DNA of 64,000 bases from a virus: IMG/VR virus record IMGVR_UViG_3300049734_000491, positions 63,993-127,992 of that record. One strand, written 5' to 3'. Positions 49,885 through 61,686 of the stretch are shown in pieces. Numbering within the stretch: position 1 is the first letter of the stretch; each line of letters starts with the position of its first letter. A model generated the notes under the pieces. It worked only from the letters and a program-made list of their open reading frames with translations, made no database searches and was not told where the DNA came from. The position numbers and the translations under genes were made by a program.

Positions 49885-52800
49885 ATGAGCCCAGCTAAGG
49901 ACACCTTCGAGTGGGCCGACCCGCCCCCGCCCAGCAAGTGGGATGAGATGGTCGGGCCCCTGAGCCTGTCCCCACTCGACAAGTTCTGCAAGCTCCTGGC
50001 TGAACGACCCGGTCAGTGGGCCGTCTTCAAGCGGGACTGGAAGGGCCGCGGTGTGGGCCAGCTCACCCGCCGGCACTCCGACGTGGAGTGGGTCATGCGG
50101 AAGAACCCCGACTCCGAGTGGGACACCGACAAGAAGGGTCGCAAGCGACCCACGAGCACGATCTACGGACGGTTGAAGGTCGGACCAGACGGTCGACCTG
50201 TTCCGCCCACCCCGTGACCCGACGGCAGCAGGACATCATTCTTCTGATCATCACTGCTGCCTTCGTTCTCGCCCTCCTCCTGTTCAGCATCGCTACCTCG
50301 GAGGGGTGGCTCACACTCTGACAACCGACCAAGACCAAGGACGACAACATGACTGCACTCGATCACCCCTGCCCGTACTGCCACGCCGAGGTGCACCACC
50401 TCTGCCGAGTGGTCCGGAGCCGGACCCGCGCGGACGGGTTCCCGTACAACTCGGAGTGGGGCTACATCCACGCCGCCCGCCGCAAGCTGGCTGAGGTCTG
50501 ACATGGCGGAGAAGCTGATGATCGCGTGCGACAATCCGAAGTGCTCGTCGGTCGGGGACCCCGAGTGGGTGCCCGGACAGGACGGCAAGCGCAAGCGGAA
50601 GGGTCAGGTTCCCACCGGCCCGTACGGCTGGCACCAGGGATCAGGCTGGCTGGTCGGTTGCGGACCGGACTACGTCTACTACGCCTGCTCGTCGGAGTGC
50701 GTGGGGCCGGCCATCAACGAGGTGGTGGACGAGATCCGACGGAAGGAACAGGAGCGGTGGTCATGAACGACGAAATCCGAACGATGGATGGCTCGTACTC
50801 ACAGAAGATCCCCAACTCAACTGCCACCGTGGACGTGACGCTCACCGTCGAGTGGGCGCATGACAGCGACGGACCCTTGATCGTGGTTCGACGGAGTTCC
50901 CACGCTCCCGAGAGGGAGAAGTGGACCTACGTCGACAACGAGAACGGTGCCAAGTTCTTTGAGGCAGATTGGGGCGTTCCACTTCCTGCCCGTCCCGAAC
51001 CCGAGCATGAGTGGGTGGAGGTGGGCGGCCAACGGTGGTGGAAGGACGCTGACGGCTCGTGGATCAACACCGACCGAACGAAGAACGACGTTGCCGCCGG
51101 CTCGCAACTCGAGCAGGCACTTACCGAGATCCATCGTCTGCGGGAGGTCGTCACCGAGATCAACGAGCAGTGGCGGGAGGACCAGGGGATGGAACTGACG
51201 TGAGCGACGACGACATTGTGACCCGACTCGAGATGTACGAGTGGTGGGACACCCCGACCGAAGCGACCGATCTCATGAACGAGGCTGCCGCTGAGATCAA
51301 GCGGCTGCGTGGCCTGCTGCCCGCGGTCGATCTGGATGGTGTCCACATCGTGACCAAGAGCGGACGGGTGATGACCGTGGCCGAGTTGCAGGCTCTGGCC
51401 GATGAAGCGGGGTTGCCCGATGAGTGACGAGATGATCGGCGGTGAGACAGTCGATGAGTATATGCGTCGATTGCGAGACGTGGGGCCTATCCGCCGTGCG
51501 AGTGACGACATCACTGTGACGGTCACGCTGCCACGGGAACAGGCGCAGGCGTTCGTGAAGAACGACATCGAAGCTCTGGAATGGCACCGGGAATACGCCG
51601 ACCTGTGGCATGAGGCGCAGGAAACCGTCGCCCGTGCCCTCGCTGACGCACTCGGAGAGGACGGCGATGAGTGACGACATCGTGGGCCGGCTGCGGGCGG
51701 TCGAGCACTACGAGTGCAGCGACTGCTGGTATTCCTGCCCCAACTCCAAGGACGGGTGCTGTGACGACACCGTCAAGAGGTGCATCTGCAACGCCCCCTT
51801 GATCTGGGAGGCCGCGGACGAGATCGAAACACTGCAGAAGATGGTTGTTGTCGATGGGATGGTGAAGGTCGCTCTCAACAACGAGGTCGAACGGCTGCGG
51901 GCATCGGGCGATGCCCATGTGTTCGTGTCCGATGACAACGGCGGGACAGTCAAGATCCTCGGTGATCCCGACGCTGTTGCTGCCGTCGAAGAACTGAAGT
52001 TGCTGACCGACGACCTGGCTGACGTGTTGGCTCGCATGGTCATCGGCTGGGAGGACCGCCTCGGGGTCGACCTCGCCCAGCATCCCGACGTGCAGCGGGT
52101 GATGGCCAGGTACCGCAGGAGCGTCGGACGTGAGTGACAACACCCGATCATCCGAGTTCATCTGCTGGGACTGCGAGGAGCAAGACCACGAGTCCTGTCG
52201 CCGAAATGGTGGCTGGCCGTTCCAGGACACCAACGAACGGTGCGGTTGTCATCAGAGTGGCCACCGGCTCGACAACCGACGGAAGACGCATGAGTGACGA
52301 CATCGTGGACCGCCTCCGCAAGTCGGCCAGCGCAATCCACATCGCCGTTGAACCCGAGGTGGCGCAGGATGTGGCTGCGATCATGACCGACGCCGCTGCC
52401 GAGATCGAGGAGTTGCGACACTACGTCGTGCTGATGGAGGTCACCTTCCTCAGTGATCCGGAGAACGTCGATGCGCTCCGGAAGCAGGCTGCGGTCGACA
52501 GGGAGACGAAGAAGATGGATGACGAACAGGACAACTTCCACGGGCACCGCAACCAGGATCGGCATCGCACGCTGGGCCCGCACCGGGCGTCGTGCGAGTG
52601 TGGGGTCTACTGCTACCCGCGGATCGAGGCTGCTTGCTACTGCTGCAAGGAGCAGATGGCCGACGAGGACCCGTGCCCGCACTGCGAGGGCACCGGCATC
52701 AACCCGAACCCCGAGTACGAGCCGGAGCTGGCGTGATCGCTCATCTCGGAGATCAGGACGACTAATGGGAGCACGGGACGACTCGGCTGCACGTTCACGA

Positions 52801-55800
52801 GCGCTCAACCGTCTGGCACGCCTGTACCCCGGTGTGTTCAAGCGCCTTCTCGCCGAGGAGCTCCAGAGCATCGGATGGGAGCAGAAGAAGCGGCTGGTGG
52901 CCCAGTGTGGGACGCCCTCTGGTGCCCATCGCCACCAGCGGCTCGGTGAGCCCATGTGCGATCCGTGCCGTGAGGCGACCAACGCCTACCAGCGGAGCCT
53001 GCGGGCTCGGAAGCGGGCTGATCTCAGTGGAGAAGAACATGACTGACATCGTCGACCAGCTCCGTCGGTCAGCACAGGCGATCCATCTTGCTACTGAGGA
53101 GGATGTGGCTCGGGACGTGTCCGAACTCATGCGGACCGCAGCCCACCTCATCGTGGAACTCCGTCGGGACGCTGCCTATCACCTCGATGCTGTCACAGAG
53201 ATCCAGAAGGTCTTGAAGGAGCGCTATGACTGACTTGTTGTGGTGCCTGTCGGTCGTGGCCTTCGCTGTGGCGATGGTGATGATCCGACTTCGGCTGGAC
53301 CGGGAGCGTGACCGCTGTGACTGAGGAGAAGCAGGACATCGTGGTTCGGATCCATGGAGCTCGGTCGTGTCCCATGGTCGAGCACTGCGATCACACCGAT
53401 TCGCTGTACGACGTGCTGACCGACGCCGCGGCCGACATCAAGAACCTGCGGGTTCTGCTCCAGCAGGCCATCGAGGACCGGCGGAAGCTGGCTGATGCGG
53501 GTCGCACCGGTGAAAGCGAAATGGAGCTGATGTGAACACCTACATCCTCGAGGTGCTGACCTCGACCCACAACGTGCTGGAACGTCGCCGGATGCACCTC
53601 CTCGACGTGCTCGAGGGGCGAGGTGCGGTGTCCAGTGACGACCGGCGGCTGCAGGAGTTGTGCGACATCTCTCGACTCATCGGGCAGATCGACGCCCTTT
53701 CGGCGTACTTCATGCAGGACGGGAGCGAGGCAGATGCTGGCTGGGATCCGGTGTCCGGCATGTCGGGCTGAGCTCGGGGCCCACACCTGCATCGACCTCA
53801 GCGAGGCACAGCCAAGTCCGGGCGATCCCTCGGTCTGCCTGTACTGCGCCTCGTTGTGCGTGTTCGATGATGTCCTGCAGCTCCGGTTCCCAACCGACGA
53901 GGAGTTGGAGGTCTTGGCCCATCACCCCGGGGTACGTGTTGCACGGGCAACCGCCCTCGCCTTCATCCGTGATGGAGGAACGCCACCGGGAGGTTGGTGA
54001 TGTGTGGTACCTGATGATGTGAAACCGGACGCGGCGTGAAAGGACCGGAGATGGCCAGCCACGATTGGGACGACCTCGAGCCCGAGACCCAGATGTCCAT
54101 CGAACTCGAGCGCACCGACGACAAGGGTGATCCCATCTGTGGGTGTGCCGTGGCTCGGGACGGCTCGTGGTTCCTCTGTACGTACCACAATGGATACAAC
54201 TCGGGGGCCTACGAGGTGCGCCTGCAGCATGAGCTCGATGCTTGAACAGACGCCCTGCTCGCTGTGCGGGGGCACCGAGGACGAGATCAACGAGTACATC
54301 GAACGCGACGGTTCTCGTGTCTGGTACCACAACCGATGCAAGAACCAGATGCTGCGGGACACCCTGCCCAGCCGGCTCCGGCGATCTGGACTGGTGTCGG
54401 CTCACCAGGCTGCCGACGAGTTGGAAGAACTTCGCTGGCTGGCCAAGGACTTGGCTCACGAGCTGAGCCGGATGCTCTATCACTGGGATGCCGAGTTCGG
54501 ACCGGACACGGGCGGTGGTGGCGTGTGGGAACCCACGAGACGGGTGCTGGAGCGCTACCGGAAATGGCGGAAGAACCTTCCGAACTAGGGCTGGTGTGGT
54601 AGTCAGGACAGATGATCTGCGACCAGTGCGTCCATCTCCAGCACTCTCGTTGTGAGGGGGACCTCAACCAGCACTGCGAGTGTCCCGCCTGCTACGGCGA
54701 TCCCGACCGTTCCCCGTTCTACGTGCCTCCGGACGGTACCCCAAATGATGAAGGAGTGAAGTGACAGATCGTGTCGGGATCCTGGTGCTGTGTGCGGTGC
54801 TGGTCGTGGCTGCGGTGACGGGTTGGTTGACCGGAGGCCGGCTGGGTGCCCTGTTGAAGCGGTGGATTCATGGCTGACCACGACGACGAGGAGCGCATCC
54901 TGATGGTGCCGCTGCGGGTCGAGTGGGACACCGTGTTCGGCACCGTGGTCATGCGGATGTTCCGGTCCGACGGGGCCGAGATCGGGGAGTTCTCCGTGGA
55001 GCGGTTCAAGGAGCGGTGGGGGGTCGATCCTCCTCCTCCGCCACCCGACATCTGGATCGACCCGCTCGGGGCCGGCCTGAGCCGCGAGCACGCCGAGTCG
55101 TTCGTCGAGATGTGGGCCAACGGCAATCGGGAGCTGACCCGCCTCGACACCGAAGCCGGCCGACTGATCACAGATCGTCTGCAGGGTGCCTTGGGTGGGG
55201 AGGATCGTGACTGACCAGATCCTCCGCCGACTTGTGGAGGTCTCGCTGCTGGATGACATGACCCTCGAGCGGGCCCGTCACGTGGCTGCCGATGCTGCGG
55301 TGGAGGTCGCCATCCTGCAGGCCATGGTTCGGGAGCTCGAGAGCACCCTCGACGGGCTGCTGGTGGGCAGGGATGGCTAGCAAGGATCTCCACGAGTTCT
55401 TCGAGGGGCGGACCATTGGCTATCAGGGCTGGGGTGGCGGCGACTGGACGTGGCGGGGCGAGGGCTACGACGAGGGCTGGAACCCCGTCTACCTGGCTGA
55501 GCTGTTGGAGCTCCATCGTTTGCTGACCGACTACCTCGGTGAGCAGGATCGCCTCGGTCCCAAGGGTGAGCCGTTAGGTTGATGTCCTGAGGGTCACCTG
55601 TGGTGTCCCGTACCTGTTGCACAGCCCATTTGGGGTAGCTGTGCTACAGTGTCCGACCGGACAACGACAAAGGAGACAACCATGGACATGGACGAGGAAC
55701 GACAGAGCCGACAGAAGGGCGCCAGCGAGATCGTCATGATCGCCGGCGAGCAGGTCACCACCTTCATGGAAGGCGAAGGCGGTATCGAGAAGGACGACTT

Positions 55801-57019
55801 CACCATCACTCGTGAGCGGTGGTGGCACTACTGGCCATCGGGCACGGTGGTCCTCGACCACCACCGCGAGATCCTCGGCTTCAAGCTCGGGCGGGTCTGG
55901 CTGGATCCCTTGGGGTTGGAGATCACCAACTTCGCCAAGCTGATCTCGGCGCCCATCCTCATCCAGATCTCCGAGGATCAGCAGGACGAGTTGCGCCAGA
56001 AGTTCGCCACCCTCTACTCCGCTCGTCGCTCCTATGCACGTGTGCTGGACGAAGCCGTCTGCGGTGCCTTGGAGGGGGGAGACGAGGAGGCCGACACGTG
56101 ATCCGGTTCCGCATGAACCTGGAGACCCGTCACCTCGAGTTGGTCGACAGCCGGCTGGACGACAAGGTCGTCGAATCGTGGCCGGCCAACGTGGTGCAGT
56201 GGTCCAATGACTACTTCGGCGGGGTCCCCGGCATCACCGAGGGAAGCAACGGGATGGGGGGTCGGCCGTACTTCAGCCGGACCGTGCAGGTGGTCTCTGA
56301 TGCCGGCTGGCGGGTGTCGGTGCTGTGGGGCACGTGGACGTGGTCCTCCAACCACGATCTCGTCGCTGGGGTGGAGGACTTCACCGAGGAGCCCATCACG
56401 GTGGAGTGCATCGTGCTCCCCGACGACCACAGCGAGGCCATCACGGTGAGTCGTGGTCCGAGGTTCTCCGACACTGACACGATCGTTCCGAACGTGGACG
56501 GTGAGACGTTCACCAAGTTGCTGGAACGAGCTGGGGAATTTTTCGCAGAACAAGGATCTGAACATGGCAGGAGTGCTGTACTTGATCTCCGGTAGGGGGG
56601 CTGCGGCTCTTGAGGGAGATCGGGAGGGAAGATACATGATGGTTCCGAGCGATCGCGCCCTGGTGGTGGAACCGAATGGGCGAATGCTGGTGCACGACCG
56701 TGACACGGATGAGTGGTCCGAGCTGTCGACCGACACCGACGTGAAGCGCATGGTCGAGGAGGTCGGCCCGACGCGGATCGTCGTGGTGGTCGGCGCCGAG
56801 GATCGTCCGCTGTTCGGCGGTCTCGACCTGTCAGCGGATCCAGAGGCGGATGCCCGTGAGACACGGGTGACGCTCGCTTGGCGCCGCTGGCGCCGGCTCC
56901 AGGACGAGTTGAACCGGAACACCGGACAACTCGCCTCCGTTCAATTCAGTGAGTTGAAGGACATCACCGAGCGGGCCTTCTGGCGGTGGATGGCGCTCGA
57001 GGAGGCGGAGCTCCCCTGA
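49885..57019 (+). CDS. Cluster of about 25 small, tightly coupled early/accessory genes, several Cys-rich
   Basis: ATGA/GTGA overlaps, e.g. 50503, 50763, 51200, 51420, 51667, 52290, 53039, 53308, 53532, 54238, 54870, 55682, 56098, 56564. Confidence 0.6.
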
Positions 57020-57103
57020 GTGGTGCAAACCACTTCGTGTTCGACTACCTTCTCCGCTGACCGAGACGGCGACAACGACAGCGACACGTGGCAGTGAAGG
57101 AGA

Positions 57104-57493
57104 GTGATGGCACGGCGACCAGCAAAGGCCGATGCGTCCGACGAGATCCCCTCCGGCTATGAGCGGAGGTTCCTCAAGTGCCGAGCTTTGGGACACTCGT
57201 GGCTCCACTCCACCGACGTGGTCACCAACCCCACCATGTCGTGGGTCCGTGGTTTGTCATCGGTCTGCTCTGGGTGTGGCACGGTGCGGACCCGCTGGCT
57301 GAGCCGTGACGGCACCCGTTGGGGAATGTCCTACACGTATCCCGACGGCTATCAGATGAAGCGGACGAGCACCAACGGCGATCTGCCGAGGCCCGCACCG
57401 CCAGCTCAGGAGTGGCGGCGGGAGTTCATCTCCCACCTCCCCTTCCCCGAACAGGCTGCACCGCTCCGACAGCCAGCGTCACGTCGGCGCTGA
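57104..57493 (+). CDS. Zinc-binding phage protein
   Basis: CRALGHSW..CSGCGTVR..YTYPDGY. Confidence 0.6.
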   Translation: MMARRPAKADASDEIPSGYERRFLKCRALGHSWLHSTDVVTNPTMSWVRGLSSVCSGCGTVRTRWLSRDGTRWGMSYTYPDGYQMKRTSTNGDLPRPAPPAQEWRREFISHLPFPEQAAPLRQPASRRR

Positions 57494-57535
57494 GCAGGAC
57501 AGTCAGACAAACGACCAAGAAGGACAAGGACAGAC

Positions 57536-58159
57536 ATGACAGAGAACAAGATGACCCACCTCGCCGTGCTCAAGGACGGGACGCTGCGGCTGGTCCGCTC
57601 CGACTCGGTTGGGGGCCCGATCGAGGAAGTTGCCGCCCTTGCGGTGGACGACCATGCCTCGCTGGACGACGTGATGTCGGCCTGCGTGGTCCTCACCGAG
57701 ATGAGCGCTGTCCTCCTGCAGGAGGGACGGACCAACGGCAGCACACCGCCTTCGGCGGCTCCGGCTCCGAAGGCCACCCCTGCGACGGCGAAGAAGGCAC
57801 CCGCTCGTCGGAAGCGGTCCAGGGTGAAGGGTGCCACCGAGACCCGCTTCGACCGTGACGACATCCTCATCATCGTGGGGGCCCACAACGAGACCGGCGG
57901 CCTGCGGACCAACGAGATCGCCCGCATGATCTGCCGGTCGCTGGGCATCGACTACCACCACGACCATCCGGTGGCCCGTGCGGTCGGCAACCGTGTCTCG
58001 GCGCTGGCCAAGGACGGCAGGCTCACCAAGGTGGCTGATGGCCGCTATGTCCGGACCGCCGAGGAGAGTTCTGGGGATGCAAACGTGGCTGAGGACTCGG
58101 TCGCGTTGGACGAACTCTCGGAGCATCCCAGCCCATCTGGCACCACTTCAGCTGTCTGA
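57536..58159 (+). CDS. wHTH-like DNA-binding protein
   Basis: GLRTNEIAR...VSALAKDGRLTKVADGRY. Confidence 0.55.
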   Translation: MTENKMTHLAVLKDGTLRLVRSDSVGGPIEEVAALAVDDHASLDDVMSACVVLTEMSAVLLQEGRTNGSTPPSAAPAPKATPATAKKAPARRKRSRVKGATETRFDRDDILIIVGAHNETGGLRTNEIARMICRSLGIDYHHDHPVARAVGNRVSALAKDGRLTKVADGRYVRTAEESSGDANVAEDSVALDELSEHPSPSGTTSAV

Positions 58160-58341
58160 TCGGCTTTGTGATCGGGCTGATCGGCGGACCGAAAGCTGGC
58201 TGGGCGATCTCGCGAGTTAGCTCGTCCAATAATCATCCAGTACGTATTCATTCACACTGGCTGCGTACTGGCCCGTATGCCCTCGGGTACCCATACGGGG
58301 TATGTGGTGCGGCGGAAGGGTGATGGGTCCGGACGCGAACC

Positions 58342-58376
58342 GCCCCTCTCCCCGGTGGGTGTTGGGGAGAGGGGCG
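58342..58376. terminator. GC-rich hairpin between convergent transcription units
   Basis: CGCCCCTCTCCCC...GGGGAGAGGGGCG inverted repeat. Confidence 0.55.
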
Positions 58377-58463
58377 ATCGCTCAGCGAAGGCTCATCGCT
58401 GATTCGGGGCGACGATCAAGGATCGATCGCTACCGTGCAGTGTAAGTGCTGGGCACGAGCTCG

Positions 58464-59603
58464 TCAGGCCGGTGCTGGAACCGACGTCTCGGCGTACCGC
58501 TGGTGGCGCTGGCCCGAGATGTAGTTCGGTGAGGTCGAGATCATGGCGATGGCCACGTCCGGTCCGTCGTCGGTGACGTCGCACGGTGTGCGGAAATCGC
58601 ACCAGCCGCAGGCATCGCTGGGGGACGGGAAGGCGTACCGCTCGGCCAGGTGCACCGTGGAGGGCTGGGCGGTCAGGGGCGTGACGTCGGCGGACGGGGG
58701 CGTGACCGGATCGAGCTGCAACGTGGCGTCGATGAGCTCGGCCACCACCGAGAAGATCTGCCGTCGGCGGCTGCGGCGCAGCGCCTGGGAGTGCGTGATC
58801 GGCAGGTCCCTCACCTCGGTGGGGGCATTTCTGGAGCGGGGTCGCTGGATGATCCGGTAGTTGAACTCGGCTGGGGGAGAGTTGGTTGAGATTGCCCGGG
58901 CCCGTGCCTCTTGGAGCGGAGCCGGTAGATCCTGAGCCATCTCCAGAAGCATGTCGTAGAAATACGACTGATTGGATCGCTGGAACCCCTCGTCCACCTG
59001 GAAGGTCCGGCCCGTCGTCTTCCAGTCCGTCATCCGGATCTGGGCGTAGCGGGGATCACTGGGATCGGGCGAGGTGTGCTGCTGAACCAGGTCGACCTTG
59101 CCCTGCAACCGGATCGCTGTGAAGCCCTGCTGCCGGAGTTGGGACGTCCGCTGGGCCACGGCGTGGGGGGAGTCGAGTTGTTCCCAGACGGGATCATCGA
59201 ACTCGAGGGTGTACCGCAACTTGGCTTCGGTGCAGACAGGATCCCACTGGGCGTCGGGTTGGTTCTCCTCCAGCCAGGTCACGTAGTCAGCCACCATCCG
59301 CCGACCGAGCAGCACATCCTCGTAGAGCTTGTCGCACACCCAGGGTGGCTGGCCGGTGCTCGAGGCCCGGGCGATGTCACGCTGGGCAAGCTCCTCGAAA
59401 AGCTGTCTGGGGTCTCTCGGGCCGGCTGGGTCGTAGTGACCCTCGAGCGCCTCGTGCACCCGGACACCGGCTGGGGCTGCTCCGACCGGGAACCGTGCAT
59501 CGCTGAACCCGAGCACGTAGTTGAACCAGAACTGTCTCCTGCACTGCAGGAAGCTGGCGATATCGGAATGGCTGATGTCAAAAGAACGGCCTGTACGAGT
59601 CAT
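58464..59603 (-). CDS. PD-(D/E)XK exonuclease (Cas4/RecB-like, Cys cluster)
   Basis: SHS..FLQCRRQ, G.RVHEALE, GKVDLV, DWKT, CGWCDFRTPC. Confidence 0.85.
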   Translation of the reverse strand: MTRTGRSFDISHSDIASFLQCRRQFWFNYVLGFSDARFPVGAAPAGVRVHEALEGHYDPAGPRDPRQLFEELAQRDIARASSTGQPPWVCDKLYEDVLLGRRMVADYVTWLEENQPDAQWDPVCTEAKLRYTLEFDDPVWEQLDSPHAVAQRTSQLRQQGFTAIRLQGKVDLVQQHTSPDPSDPRYAQIRMTDWKTTGRTFQVDEGFQRSNQSYFYDMLLEMAQDLPAPLQEARARAISTNSPPAEFNYRIIQRPRSRNAPTEVRDLPITHSQALRRSRRRQIFSVVAELIDATLQLDPVTPPSADVTPLTAQPSTVHLAERYAFPSPSDACGWCDFRTPCDVTDDGPDVAIAMISTSPNYISGQRHQRYAETSVPAPA

Positions 59604-59835
59604 GATCCGTACCGTTTCCTTGGTCCCAGCGGGAACGTGGATGGGTCTGGATCAGACTCGCACAGGCCTGTGACAAAATCGAGGATGGTCTACCTCTTGT
59701 TGGAGGGAGTGGACGATCCCCGTGGGGTGGTGTCTGCCGCGACCTTGGCGGTGCCGGTGCCGGCTCCGGTGCTGGTACCGATGCGGTAGACGCCCCGATC
59801 ACTCGCCCAGAGTACCTGTAATCAGTTGAGGAATA

Positions 59836-60011
59836 GTCCCCAGCGGCGGTCATCAAGGGGGTATCGCATCTTCTAAGGCCGCTGGGGACCGAGGATGCCA
59901 TCGACGGCGACTCTGGTTTGGGCATCGCTACTTCTACGACCGTCGATGGCGAAGGTGTCCCCGACGGCGGGGTATCGGTGGGTATCGCATGTGCTCCGAC
60001 CGTCGGGGACA
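59836..60011 (-). ncRNA. TIGR-like stem-loop guide array 2 (three units; a degenerate fourth at 59730-59793)
   Basis: Hairpins with loops NNN-N9-CGATRC-CCM-N9-CG; spacer pairs GAGCACATG/CCGATACCC, TAGAAGTAG/AACCAGAGT, TAGAAGATG/CTTGATGAC. Confidence 0.85.
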
Positions 60012-60017
60012 GACCAG

Positions 60018-60866
60018 TCACGCAAGCGTCGTCAGGTAGAGGTTATAGAGCCGACGAAGGAACTCCTTCGAGGTCCGCCGGATGGCGGCGTTGTCAGCGT
60101 GTCCCTTCGTCCAGCCGCGCTCTGAGTACATGAGCTTGGAGAGGTCGAGGTAGCAGCGGAGACAGAGGTCGTCCCGGACAGCGTCGCTACTGTGGGTGTC
60201 GGTCATACCATGACCGCCCGGGACGACGAAGGTGCCATCGACGGCGGGGCATCGGTGGGTGTCGTATGTGCTCTGGCCGTCAGGGAGATCGAGGACGCAG
60301 CCCGGAGTGTGCTCACCGGCCTTCCTGATCTGTGTCGTGTTCAAGTAGAGCAATGACTTGATGCGGACGTTGCCGGACGCCATCGCCTCGGACTGTGTCA
60401 TGCCCTTGGTGCGGCGGCGGGTCGGGTCGCCCAGAGCGCAGTAGGACCAGAGCTGGGAAACGGATCGGATCTGCGGCTCACCCTGCACCAACACCCGTTC
60501 GTCCGTGCTCCCCGCCTCGGATCCGGGAATCCACCACTTCGGGATGGCGACCACCGGATGTCCGATCGCTCCGAGGATCCGTGCGACGGTGTGCTCGCCG
60601 ACACCGCGCTGTGCCGCGACCCACTCCCGCACCGGTTCGGGAACGACATCACGGTAGGTCCTCTTCAGGGCCTTGCTGGCGGCCTTCTCGATCTCAGTCA
60701 ACAGATGGATCTGATCGTCGAAGAGACCAGCAGGAGCGTGTCTCAAACGATTACCGGTAGCGATCCTCATCAGCTGCATATCAGTGAACTGATCGGCGGC
60801 GAGACGCAGGAGCCGGTACTGATCATCAAGGGCGTCGATGGCATCGACATCCTTGAGGTCGATCAC
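60018..60866 (-). CDS. TasA-like Nop-domain protein 2
   Basis: GVGEHTVARILGAIG, SQLWSYCALGDP, GNVRIKSLL, GHADNAAIRRTSKEFL; paralog of 18364-19218. Confidence 0.8.
   Translation of the reverse strand: MIDLKDVDAIDALDDQYRLLRLAADQFTDMQLMRIATGNRLRHAPAGLFDDQIHLLTEIEKAASKALKRTYRDVVPEPVREWVAAQRGVGEHTVARILGAIGHPVVAIPKWWIPGSEAGSTDERVLVQGEPQIRSVSQLWSYCALGDPTRRRTKGMTQSEAMASGNVRIKSLLYLNTTQIRKAGEHTPGCVLDLPDGQSTYDTHRCPAVDGTFVVPGGHGMTDTHSSDAVRDDLCLRCYLDLSKLMYSERGWTKGHADNAAIRRTSKEFLRRLYNLYLTTLA
60168..60281 (-). ncRNA. Two guide hairpins embedded in frame in Tas-like gene 2
   Basis: CCA-GAGCACATA-CGACAC-CCA-CCGATGCCC-CG and TCA-TGGTATGAC-CGACAC-CCA-CAGTAGCGA-CG, each within a stem. Confidence 0.8.
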
Positions 60867-61561
60867 GCCAGCTCCTTCGGCGGGACAACCGTCAGGAGTG
60901 ATGCATCGGTCGACGGTGGCTCGGGACGCTTGGCCTCGGGCAATGCAGCGAGGTTGGGCACGCCGGCCTCAATGAGAGCATCGATCGCGTTCTGGTGCCG
61001 CTGGCAGTCGGTCTGGAGCGGTTCAATGTACCGCCGGTTGATCCAAGCGATCCGACCAGCGTGCTGTTCGATGGTCGCCTCAAGCCAGTCGACGTAGTCG
61101 GTGCCGTCGAAGAACTTGTACCCACCGAGTTGGTCCTTGGCGAGACGCGACCACGTCCGATGAACCGGTTCGGTCTCAGCCACCTCGACCTCCTCGGTGG
61201 GGATGTGTTCCGATTCACCGTTCTCTGCGGACTCACCCTCCTCAGTGGCAGGTGGGGGAGTGGTAACGGGGACGGTGGGGGTGTACGGATCGCCCACAGC
61301 ATTCTCGGCATCACGGGTCAGAGCCCGCTGCCACGTCTTGGCCTCCTTGATGAGCGAGGCGAGGACATACTTCTCGTACTCCGCTGTGGTCATCGCCTTG
61401 ATCGCCCGCTCAGCCAGCTTCTCCGGATCGGTGGTGTGGGGCTCGTCCCGATGTGGAACCGCCGAGGCGAAGATCTCAACCAGTGGTCGGATCTTCGGAG
61501 TGGATGACGACGAGGTCGTCGAAGTGGGCGTGGTCATCATCGTCACGTCGACGAGTTCCAT
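60863..61561 (-). CDS. Tas-associated partner protein 2
   Basis: DGTDYVDWLEATIEQHAGRIAW...IEAGVPNLAAL; GTGA-coupled to Tas-like gene 2. Confidence 0.7.
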   Translation of the reverse strand: MELVDVTMMTTPTSTTSSSSTPKIRPLVEIFASAVPHRDEPHTTDPEKLAERAIKAMTTAEYEKYVLASLIKEAKTWQRALTRDAENAVGDPYTPTVPVTTPPPATEEGESAENGESEHIPTEEVEVAETEPVHRTWSRLAKDQLGGYKFFDGTDYVDWLEATIEQHAGRIAWINRRYIEPLQTDCQRHQNAIDALIEAGVPNLAALPEAKRPEPPSTDASLLTVVPPKELA

Positions 61562-61686
61562 GAGATCTCCCTGTTGGTCTTGGTCTTGGTCTTGGTCTTG
61601 ATCATCGGCAGTTGGCCACATGAAGCAGGGAGACCAGTAGGTCATCTCTCACACCGACTGCCGCCTCGGGTTCAAGTAGGCGTTGG

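Noticed and set aside
59391-59408. Partial match CTCCTCGAA-AAGCTGTCT to the AAGTTACCT/TTCGAGGAG guide
   Set aside because: Three mismatches in one half and the halves are in the opposite order to that expected; likely chance.
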